From positions 25,586,299-25,650,298 of the forward strand of contig NC_134025.1 in assembly GCF_964204645.1 (NCBI RefSeq): DNA of 64,000 nt. The letters are read 5' to 3'. The translations under genes were made by a program, and so were the position numbers. The DNA comes from Tubulanus polymorphus. Lineage: Eukaryota; Animalia; Nemertea. A model generated the notes under the pieces. It saw nothing but the letters and a program-made list of their open reading frames with translations, made no database searches and had not been told where the DNA came from. Below, one piece after another: positions 35,201-46,700 of this stretch. Positions within the stretch are counted from its first letter, which is position 1. Each line of letters starts with the position of its first letter.

Positions 35201-37706
35201 ACGCAGGATAAGGTAAGCCATCAGTTTTGTTTCTTTCAATATCAGATGTTTCGGTGAATATACACATTGACTGGATGTGTGTCTCTTATTCTAGCTGACA
35301 GGACTTTTTCAAAACCTAAAAGGTTTTTTCGGTGTTCGAATTATTTCTCTGAGGTATGTTTGATGAAGAAGAAATCCAGCATTAAATGTTGATAATTAAT
35401 GAATTGGTTCTACATATCTTGTTTCCTTGATTGTTTCAGAAATGGAAGCATTATCGTTGATTACATTATTGTGTTTGATCGTTCGAATATGGAAACGAAC
35501 TCGAAGGTTCTAGAAAGTGAAGTTGTCAATTTGTTGATCAACTCAACAGCTTTGAACATTAATGAGCCAGCTACCATCGCTTTAACTAAAATGGGTAAGG
35601 CTACAGCTCGTTATAATAATTAGTTTACATTTGATAGAGACGCTTATAGATTATGTACTCGATCTATCTTATTCATAATTCATATTCACGTGTGTTCACT
35701 TTAGGTCTGTTTGTAATAGTATATATGTAATATATATGAATTATCCATTATATACGATATATCTTATCACTGCATAGTTACTATGACAACTTTATCAACA
35801 GCTGATTTTTTTAAAGATTGAACTAATCTCCAGATTACAATTTTTTCATTTATAGGTTATTACTTACTGATGTGCGATAACATTCTTTCAAATTCATTGT
35901 GAAATTTTTAGGGATAAAATCAGTTGACCTTGTTTGCGGGGGTGCTCAGTGTCCCAGAGAGTATGTCTGCAAAGATATTAATTCCTCTCCATCCTGCGTT
36001 CTCGCATGTGACGGTTACTGTTTGAATGAAGGAACGTGTACAATAGACAAAACAACGGCTACCCCTAGTTGTAGGTTAGTATGAAGATTTAATGATAGCT
36101 CTTTAAAAAAGTATAACCGAGGCAGAATAGTGAAAGTGAAATTATACATTTCATTTTAACTTAAACGTAAGATTTAAACACTGGATTTATGAAAACGGCG
36201 CTTTTTTAGCCCACTTGAGACCTTAAGTCCAAGTGGGCTATTGCGTTCACTTTTCATCCGTCGTCCATTCGTCCGTAGACGGTATATCCAGTTATTGGGG
36301 GAGTTTTGGAGACGCTTCAATGGATTCATACATGTATCTACCGGTACCGTGGACACACCGGCAGCCCAAAAAGTGACCCGATCAGATTTAAGATGACTTT
36401 ACTGGTGGCCATTTTTGTTCGCCAAATCAGCAATTTTTATACATTTTTGAGGTTTTCAAAGGATTTTGAAGATGCAAGGACGTTAGTTTCTGTATGTTCA
36501 ACAGGGGGTGTTAAATACTGGAATAACATATTTTGTAACCATGATAAATTGCCAAATTGTAGCTCATGACATGTTCTATTATCACGGTCAGTTTCGTTCA
36601 CCAGGGGCATTGAATATTGTAATCGTTACATCATCAAGCATTTCACCAAGTGGGCATGGTATCCATGGACCTCTAGTTTAAATTCTTTTGCATTATTTAT
36701 TTACAGCTGCTTAAAGGGGATAGAACATTTTTACACGTATCACGGAGCTAGATGTGATCTTCAAGATCAGTTTAGCGAGTTACTTGTAGTCGTTATCGGA
36801 ATTGGATCCGCTGTAGCTGCATTTATACTGACATTGATTTGTTGCTGCATTTGTTGTCGCGGTAAACGAAACAAAAAAAGCAAATCGAAATTCCACCGGT
36901 GAGATTCCCCTTTAAACTTATGATACAAGCTAAAAGAATTTTCATCAAGATTGGCACTTCCTTGCTGTATAATGTCAATTTCTTTACTTCGGGGCGTTAT
37001 CGGGCTAAAAGTATATTCTTTTCAACGGAATGATTTTTCGTATAAGATTATCATGGAATTTGTGATGTATATATCCATTATGTATTCCTGTGCTAATAAC
37101 TTGCTACATCGTCATAACGTTTTTATAAGTAATGCCATCATGTATATACCGGTATAAATGTATTTGTTTAAGATCTGACATGGAGATGCAGCAAGTCGTC
37201 GCGGGTCACAGGGCAGATTTGCGTTTACTTAAAGTGGACGATCGCGAGAAAAACGGTTTAGTAAGTAATTAAGTCATATAAAGACTCGTTCGAATTAGTG
37301 ATTAATTTTGATATGATGTAAAATCAGCTCTTTTTATTTCTAGGCGAATAACGGTTTTGTAGAGGACGAAATGGTCGAAAACAAGAAAGATTTCTCCGTT
37401 AATTTAAGTCATGTCGATTCTTCATCTCGAGTAAGCTATCGGATCAGTCTCTAATTTTTCATTTCTTTCATAAAAGACGTTGGTAGTATGGTATGCACGA
37501 TACTGATATACTATATTTTTTTATAGGTAAGCATTCCTAGGGCTCACTTGGATTCTCCGCGCCAGCGAACACAAAGCGCCGAACAGTATCAACCGTCTGG
37601 TGAAATGAGTAAGTCGAATAATCTATCTTTTCAAAAAATTCCATGTTCCTAGTACGTTGCTTCCTTCTAAAAAGCTTTTTCTCCGACATTTTCAGCTTTC
37701 TTCTAA
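32237..37706 (+). CDS. Transmembrane SEA/EGF mucin (MUC3/12/17-like)
   Basis: Signal peptide MFSRTVIIHLIIFIISTTFTLTVVSA, ~880-aa Ser/Thr/Pro repeat, SEA domain with autocleavage motif SLRNG/SIIV (35441-35458), EGF-like Cys exons (35912-36074 and 36708 onward), TM LLVVVIGIGSAVAAFILTLI followed by CCCICC and a basic stretch, then a cytoplasmic tail. The final short exon 37696-37706 gives ...EMTFF*. Confidence 0.88.
32317..34972 (+). repeat. 27-bp coding VNTR (SSTSGPIAP), about 98 copies
   Basis: Unit tcgtcaacttctggaccaatagcccca with variants PIV, STA and STAA. No frame-shifting indels across ~2.65 kb. Confidence 0.97.
36204..36678 (+). mobile_element. Non-autonomous Helentron-type element (HINE/DINE-1-like) in a mucin intron
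   Basis: 5' T-run, hairpin tagcccacttg(36207-17)...caagtgggcta(36230-40), (tccg)n-like microsatellite tccgtcgtccattcgtccgt, a second caagtgggc sub-terminal repeat at 36647-55, and 3' end catggacctctagttt in a T-rich site. Confidence 0.75.
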
Positions 37707-38322
37707 AAACTGACGTTTCTACTGTAACGCGAGGCAAACGTCAATGACGGCCCATTTCAGATCAGAGATCCATCAGGAAATTGCCTATCCTGGGCCTGAT
37801 GAATTAGTGGTTTGCTGTTCATTCATGCGTATGTATTCGTATTGGAGCAACCTACTCGCAATACACACCAGTTGAAGTGATAAAACTCATTGTGATAGAA
37901 CATTTCCTTCCACTTTTCCTACTGACATTTTTGTACTAAAAACATATCACGAAAAAATTAAAAACTTATATTTATTTTCAAGCACTTGCTACGTAGATAT
38001 TTAATGATAGCACGCGTCCATCCTTGTATAATTTATAGTATTATCTATTTATATCTTGTTCACATGATTTTTATAATGCGAATGAAATAATTCAGTAATA
38101 CTGATCATATCTATGTATTTATATATTTCTTAAAGGTATACTTTGTCGATTCCATTTTATCTCAATCATAATATTTCATTCCAATTAGAAGAATTTGTAT
38201 CATATTTTAGTTGACATCCAAGTAAATGTATCTTAAGTATTTTCGTAATCAAGTCAATCAATTAGTTATATTGTCGCAAACGAAGGAAAAGACAACTGTT
38301 AGACAACTTTCGTAGCAGACTC

Positions 38323-38365
38323 AATAAATAAAAGACCGGTATTTTTCTATAAAACATCTTTTATT
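38323..38365. terminator. Convergent polyadenylation signals of mucin (+) and neurexin (-)
   Basis: AATAAATAAA at 38323-38332 on + and TTTATT at 38360-38365 (AATAAA on -). Confidence 0.45.
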
Positions 38366-40792
38366 GCTCATAAATGTTATGAATTCTGCACTTACACTAT
38401 TTTACATCACTTTCGAGACAATGATGGGAATTTCATAAAAAGCCTTAGCATTATACAAATGTGAGCGCAGTCACATATTTTTTCCGACGATTTTTACTAT
38501 TCAGCTATAAAACTAAAGCAGATTATATACACGTTACTAACAACTTTTGTGGTGATCCTACGACTCCTGTAGAAATAATGTATATTGTAATGATAATTCA
38601 GCACTGCAGAACACTTAACATCCAACTTGAAATCAGGTAGGACTTAGGTTTTGACTTATTTGTACCACCCGCTGCAGTCAAAATGTGACAATCGATATAC
38701 CACCAAATGGTATTCGTCTACAAGTAAAGATCACAGGTTTACATCAAATATCGTATATGACAAATTTTCACTGTAACAATTAGAGAGATTTTAGTTTAGT
38801 ATATTCAGGCTATTAGAGCTATAACTTACTTTGAGGTAATTACTTGTTTGCAGCATCGCCACCTTTTTTTACAATTTTACCATCATGTCAAACATCTAAG
38901 GCGAGGATTTTAATGAAAAAAGGAAATTTCAAATTCATCTGAGAAATTCCTGCTCCCATTTAATTTAGGCTGTTGTTACGGGAGTCGATTCCCTATGTTA
39001 TAACAAATATTACAATGGGAGTTGAATTTATTTCAGCTCTTCAGTATACCTATGTTTGATTTCAGAATCACGTTCTTATCTTATCATTCTGCGTTTCGTA
39101 ATTACAACATTTCGTCAATAGCGTAACTATAATATTAGATATATATTTACAAGACATCAAAACTTCTGTAAAAATAACTTTGGTAAAATAGAAAAGATAA
39201 CCATATTTTACATTTTACAAGCTACCGGTAACAAAAAATCTTATCAACGAAACAAAAAGGTGATAAAGCAGCAAAGTAGTAATTTGATTATTAGTACAAA
39301 TCACTCCTAACTTTATTGGAACAAACTTACAGGAATAACATTGTGATCAAATGTGTAATATAGATATATTGTTTATGTCCTCACTATTTCATGAATATTT
39401 TTCCTGGTAAAGTTTGGAGGACTTTTCTTTGCAATGTAGCATGCAGCAAACTAGGTCGGTAAGAAATTTAGAAAAACTACCAATATATACGCATGTTTAT
39501 ACAGCCATATTCCGATGCCGTAATGGAAATAAAAAATCTAACGAAAAGTCTGTAAAACAATATACTTAATCTGCGTAGTGTTGCAAACTTAACAAACGAA
39601 TATTCTATACACTTCTTCTGATAAGGAGCAATATACAGCGAAATTTATCAGCATTGTGAAAATGGACTGTGAAGCTGAGCTGATTTATACATAAGATCTT
39701 ATACGAATAAAACATTGTATACACGACTTATCTCTGCAGCGAAATCTAATTCTTAATTCATTGATCTACAATCATTATTTTCACTAAATTACTGACATAT
39801 GTACATAAAATTCACAGTATGCTTATCAAATTGCCTATGTTTTTGTAAGACATGATGTTTGTCTTCAGTATTGTAATATTATATTTTATTAATAAACATG
39901 TAAAGCAATCTGCGCTGTTTTAATTTTTTGAGTTTATTCTTTCTATCTATAGAGCCACTTACACGCAGACACACTACACACCGCATCATGTATGTACAGT
40001 CATCATATTTTTTGAAGTACATTTTTCAAATTGACATCCGGGTTCGATCCATTATCATAGCCACTCGGAAAAAAATATCTTCTGCTGGTATACAATGCGA
40101 AAAAACTGCCTACCGAAGTTGCCTGTCGCCTGTTTTACCGCTTGATTCTCAAATTCCTCCATACTTCATGTACCTTGGACTAATATATTCCGTATCCAGT
40201 ACATTACTTCACGGTAAAACGTAATATTTTAAAAACGTGCAACAAATGCAATTCATTGATTCTCATCGAAATTGTTTAGAGCTCTTCAATAGCGACGTAC
40301 ACCTTGTTCGGTTCTATGTTCATACACATATACTTCACGAGATTTATTATGAATTATGATAATCGTCACGTTAATTCGTGATATTTTTCATAATCTAGTT
40401 GATTTCGTCATTCGTATTCCATATGTTACCAGCTGACATAAAATGCAATACATGTATCTCGACCTTGATGTCAATTCCATCTTTCAATGGTCTCATAAAA
40501 TCCATATGGAAGAGGAGCTACCGATAATTAATGATGAATAAATTTCACAGTATTATGATATAGTAATCATCTGGATGAAACTTGGCCTATCTCGACCCTA
40601 AGCTGACACCGATAGCACCGAAACCAATTTTCAATGAAAAGATTTTAAATTTCAAGCTGGCAGTTTCACTTGCTGTGTCCGGCGTGGGCTGCGCTAGCAC
40701 AAGCATTTATTTCTATTCCATACACACGTATACACTAGTCCGTAACTAGTGAGATTTTAAAATGCTAATTGAGCACCGAATTGAACACAGTA

Positions 40793-43700
40793 TCACACAT
40801 ACCATTCTTTGATATCCTTCTTTTTTGATGGTTTCGTAGGAGCGACACCAGCCTTCAGTCCGCCATTAATATGCGCGTCACTTTTTAGCGGCTTCGCTTC
40901 TATTCGATAGTTTTTACTTTCGTCTATTTTGTACGAGCCCTCGTCTCTGCCCTTACATTTATAAAACACGTATATGATTATGAGTAATATAACTAAACTA
41001 CCTACAGCTATCCCGATAATAACGGGCAAAGTAAATATTTTTGAAAGCATAGAACCGGTAGTCTCTCCCGCATTCGGGTCGCCTGCGGTCGGGGTGATTG
41101 TTTTTTCAGTGGTTACTGGCATATTTAGTTCGTGTCTGTTCGGATTTTTTGAATTATCTTCTTCAACGATACCGTTGATAGGATTTTTCCTGGGCGGAGT
41201 TTCGGTCATGTTAATAGTGGAAATAAAACCCGTTCCATTTTGAGCCGGCGGTTCGGTGGTCGTTTTGCTTTTCGAAATGTAAATATCGTCGGTAGTTCCC
41301 TGAGGTGAAGTATCGATGGGTACTTCACCGCTGCCGGACTCTTCGCAATCTTCTTCATCGTCGCATGGTCCGAGGCCGGAGCCAAAGCCTTTCACAAGTG
41401 TCGTTGTTTGCAGAATTGTTGCACTAGGATTGAATGGTAATCAGTTATTACTGAATTGCATCATCGACAAAATGAGAACCACTTTAAACATTCTGCTCGA
41501 AAACTAAGAATAAGCTTGACCAAAGAAAAGGATAAAATCGTTAAGATGTCGTTACGAATACTTACTTCGTGGTTGTGCTTATGGTTGTTGGTGGGGCTGG
41601 AGTAGTGTGGATTTTCACAATCGGGGTTATAATGTTATCGCCAGGTAATCCTGGGTCACATTCATCTTCGTCATCACCATGGCAACCAGAGCCTGCGCCG
41701 GAGAATATTATATCGTCGGTGCCTCCATCTTGCTTCGGAGTCGTCTGCAAGTAAATCAAAAAACACTTCTTAATATCACATTCTGAGCTGATCGCGAACA
41801 TAAACATGTCGGAAGATAGGTTAATTGACAAGGATAACTCTAGCGATACGCCGAGATTGTAGAAAAAAGATTCACAATTTTTGACGTGTACTGATATAAC
41901 GTACCGCACCAAAATTAGATTTCCGTGTTTGTGTAGATGAAATGACATCTGCAGCAATTATTGTGCTTGCAGTGTACACGTATACATAAAGTGTGAATCA
42001 TCATAAATACAGTACAACCCTAGTTGGTTTTAACTAATAATATGTGAAAATCATTGTTGCGTAGATGAAACATAATTATACTGTGTCTACACAATTTGCA
42101 TTTAAATGGTTGGGATAATATGAATAAATCGTCCATTAAAAGGATGATTTATTCGTATTATCCTAAATCAGTTTGGTTTGAATAACGCCATTGATGTTAC
42201 AAAACTTCTTGACAAAATCTACGGCAAAAATAAAACCAACATTTTACTGCATGTATGTATTAGACATGCCTGAAACAAACTGCGTTCATCGTGTTAATGG
42301 ATTAGATCGTAAACTTTATTTTCTAATGTTTTAAAACCAACTCAAATGAATAATACCACGATGGAAAATGATAGGTTTTCAACGCGGAACTAATGATGGA
42401 CATGCTTTGCCGTATATATTCCGCTTTTGACGAAAACGAATTTCGCTAGTTTAGAAGATAACAACTACGCAGAACGAAGAACAAAGATCATGCCAGCTCG
42501 TCTAGTCTAAGGAACAGATGTATAGATGTATGCTTTATTATTGGTTTTTTTACTGAAAAGATCAATTTCACTGATCGAATTCGAAACTCTCAAGTATACG
42601 TTGTTGGACGAAGGCAGTCATGCATGCATGATCTAACCCGATAAGATTCATTATGTAAGAAAGCCTGGTTTATCGCACGGTAGAACGATTTAGACAATAC
42701 ACACACAAAGCAGTTTTTGAAGCTTGTCAAAGCGCAGTATGGATTAGAAATGATGTTTTTACGACCAAATTCATTTTTACCTGACTGAAGTAACCCGTAC
42801 TGGTGTCCTCCTTGAAAACACAGCAGAATACATCATGCAGAGCAATGCAACACAAGCCAAGTCATTGTTCGTTATAATTAGATTACCACCACCAAAGAAA
42901 CAGAATTGTCATCTTGGGAGAGATATTTCATTGCAATATCGTATCACGATGGAAATTGGCAATTAAGTGTTCAAAAAAACATCTGGTCGAAAACAGAGCC
43001 GACTACATTCTATTCGTATACCCAAGTCGGGTGCAAGCAATCAATCGATTCCGAATGAGAAGATATTTTCTTTTGTTACATTCATAATCACATACTCGGA
43101 TCTATATAATGTATATATCTACTCTTCATGTAGCTGAATAACTGAATCAGTCTTTGGATTGTTTAAAATTTTACTATTGCAATTCTAGTAAAAAGTGCTA
43201 TGTTAAATAATAATTCAGAAGATGAAACACATTTGCATCACTAAGAGCATGCTAACATTGCCGGTTATTTAGAAATAGTTTCATATTTTCGAATGATAGA
43301 TTCCCAACAAACATGTAAATAAATTGTTGAAGATCGAAACAGGGATATGAATTTGCATGTACCTTATGAAGTCCCATCGTGCTCTGCATTCCGACTGTAG
43401 CCGACGAATCCCGACTAGGATCGGGAGTAGCTATCACCGGTTTTGTAGGTGTCAGGGGTGTCACACTAAAAGAGATTTTTTATCCCGATTTATTATAACA
43501 TGTTCAATACTAAAACGCTTTGACCTTTTTGGCCATTAAGCTGTTTGACAAATTTCTCGGAGACATACTTTGTTGACCAGACTCCCGGTAAGGCCATTTG
43601 CAATTCGACTTCCCCTTCAATCACCACTCGCGGATCTTTCTTCGCTGCAAGATCTAATATTCGCAAACCATTTAGGACAAGTCCTGAAAAAGAAAAAAAC

Positions 43701-46700
43701 ACACGGACATTAGCCTCTTTATATGTTACGCTCTGCAGCTGAGTCGATCAAGTATTTCCTGAAATATGTCATTATTTCTTAGTGAAGAGTAAATTCTTCA
43801 AAGTCAAGCCGGAGGACACATGGTGACATATATGTGAATAGCGCGTAGCTAAAATAACATCTCATTGTTAATGTTGTCATTAGTTGTCAACGTTAAAAGG
43901 ATCAAAAATGCCTTGAGAGAACATGAATAATAGCTAGGAAGTGAAACAGGTATCATCGGCGAGCGCTCTGGGGGATTTTTGACATTACCAGACAAAATGA
44001 TTTACACGGTAAAAACTGAAGCTTTTACACGAAATAACGAACCGGCTTCGAAGCTTATTATGTGAAGTAGTTTACTAAATAATTTAATGGGAATGTCAGC
44101 ACTTCATCCTAGATGATTATTTATCCATAAAACCAGGAACTGAACATTAATAATTGAACGGTGTTCATAGTTGTTGAAAGCGATTGAAGGTCAGGAAGGA
44201 TAGAAGAATTGATAAACAGCACGACTGAGATCTTGTTATGCACACATTAGTCAAGAGGAAAAATACTTCAGAACTGCAACCAGTTCGTAGTTAACTTTTT
44301 ACATTCTCATCTCTGAAAGATGGAAAAATAAGAAATACCAGCGATGGTTCCGGTGAAGGGTCTGGATATCTGTGGATTTCGGGCACTGCGGCCGATTCGT
44401 TTAGGCTTCAGACCACCTATGTGCACTTTCGCTTGATCGTTGAATATGTTCAATTGACGACCTACAATAAAATGAGTAGAATCTATATAACTCTCTGATA
44501 AACCAGCCATATTTCAGTAAACAAATATGAATAATATTCACGAACAAAAAACATAGCTAATGAAAGTAATAGCCCTTCATTTATAATGTTTTTGAGTGCA
44601 TTAGTTGCTTTGATGGTAACTGTTTAGTTGAAAAAAGTGATTTTGTCAAATCAATAGCCAAATCATGCCTGTTAGTCGCAATCTAGTGGATTACGGAAAT
44701 GATAACTGAATGATCAAATCTGTCTCCCAAGTGAAGATTTAATATGCGATACTTACTTAATCGCAATTAAAATATAATTGTGAACACGAATAAAACCCGA
44801 GCAACCCATGAGTTTAGTTGTGACTTTGATATTGAATTTAGATTTGAATTAGTGACTAATATCGACGATACCGTAACGAAATCTTTGTTAAATCATCATT
44901 ATTTTTAGAAGTTTATGTGCGCAATAAACGTATACAATCTATGTATAGAAGAATGATATATGAATGTACTGATAGCATACATCCGATAAGAAAATAAATA
45001 TTTGACGTAAAGCATAATGAGTTTTGATAATACAAGTTGATGATGGTATTTCGGCAAAGTGTTTTATTTTTACCTGATGACTGGACACTGTCGTCCAGCA
45101 GCCACGTGAACACTAAATAAAAAGAATTACACAAAACTATCGGGCAAACTAGTCTGATGCCAGCAAACAGTTCACAATCAAAGCTATTGCCGTTAAATCT
45201 ACCTCGAAAAATCTTAGCCACATTCGATCATCAATTATACGATATGACCTTCATAATTCGAATTATATGAATGTATATGTATTTAGAATCCCATTCTGAA
45301 CAAATGCTTAACCCTTACAGATATCACATAGGAATTAGAAAATCATTTTCAAAATCGTTCTTTCGTAGGTTGGCATAGCCAGATTTTTGAGGTACCGGTA
45401 TGAAAATATGAATTGGAAACGGATGATTTTTTTTTCTGAAAATTTGACTCGTGATGACGCCAGACTAGTCTCAAATTCATCGTGTATAAAATTGTCGCAT
45501 ATATAGCTGCATGTTCAGGAGAGAATTCTATGCAACAGGCAGTAACTCTCAAAATTCCTCGATCGAGCTAAAACGAACCGTAAACGTATAATCAGCCAAT
45601 ATCTACGAAGATGCGAGAGTAAAGTAGGGTCAAACTTTTGTGCGCCCCTTTCAGCAGAACTCATTGAAAAGTCTGTTATCGATAATGCAGGAAATCTATC
45701 ACAGATACCACTCAAGTTCCTGCTAGTATATGGAATATAGTTAATTCCCATCAAATGATGAAAGGAGAAAACATTTTGCAACATTGCCCAAATGGCTGAG
45801 CAGATTTAATGTTTTACTACGATGCTCTCCCATCTTTTCCATAAAACAAATTACCCCTCAGACGCTACTTTTACTTTGAAGCCATAATTATTTGACAGTC
45901 TCAAGAGGAATCGAAATGAGGCCATTTGTGTTCAAATATTTCCAGGTAAGACATTATCCGTTCGTTAAAAAAGAAAGTGTTCCATTGACAGTTTTTTAAT
46001 CACAACAGTTCAGTTGATGTTACGAAATAGATGCGCATTGATAGATGGGCTTTTTCATCAAATGCATTTCAGTTTCGTGGCGGAATGCGTCAAATTAGTT
46101 CCTATCAAATGGGAAACTATAGATGATGGACGATTTTCAAAATGGAATGATTCAAAAAGAACATTTTCGAAATAGCAAAGTTTCAAATTCACATGAATCA
46201 AATCATTGTCTCGCTTAAGTAAGCATCTCCTGTAGGATTTCAAAATTCTATAGAAAAAGCATAAACCACACAGAAATTAATTTATCTCACGACCCTTATG
46301 ACGTATAAATCAAAATAGAGAAAAGTTCACCATCACCAGCTATTTATCATATTATAACTATCATAGATAGTCTTACATTATGGTATGAATTACATTGTTC
46401 TATTGGTAAAATAATTAGCGGAATCAATCTTGATATATCCGGCATTCACAAATTTCCACCAGGTAGAGCGATGGTATCATCTGGCAAATTCCGCTTGATC
46501 CCACGATGTGATGACGACATACTCGTAGTTCCTTGATGGAGACGGTTGTCATGGAAACCCCACTAGCTCAGCTTATCGGGTGAAGGTATCTTGTTTTCAC
46601 ACAACAGTAGTTCAGCCATCAGATGATACATACATCAACTACGATTTACAAATATCGCTTAAATGTCACCAAATAAATGATCTTAATAACAAGCCACAAT

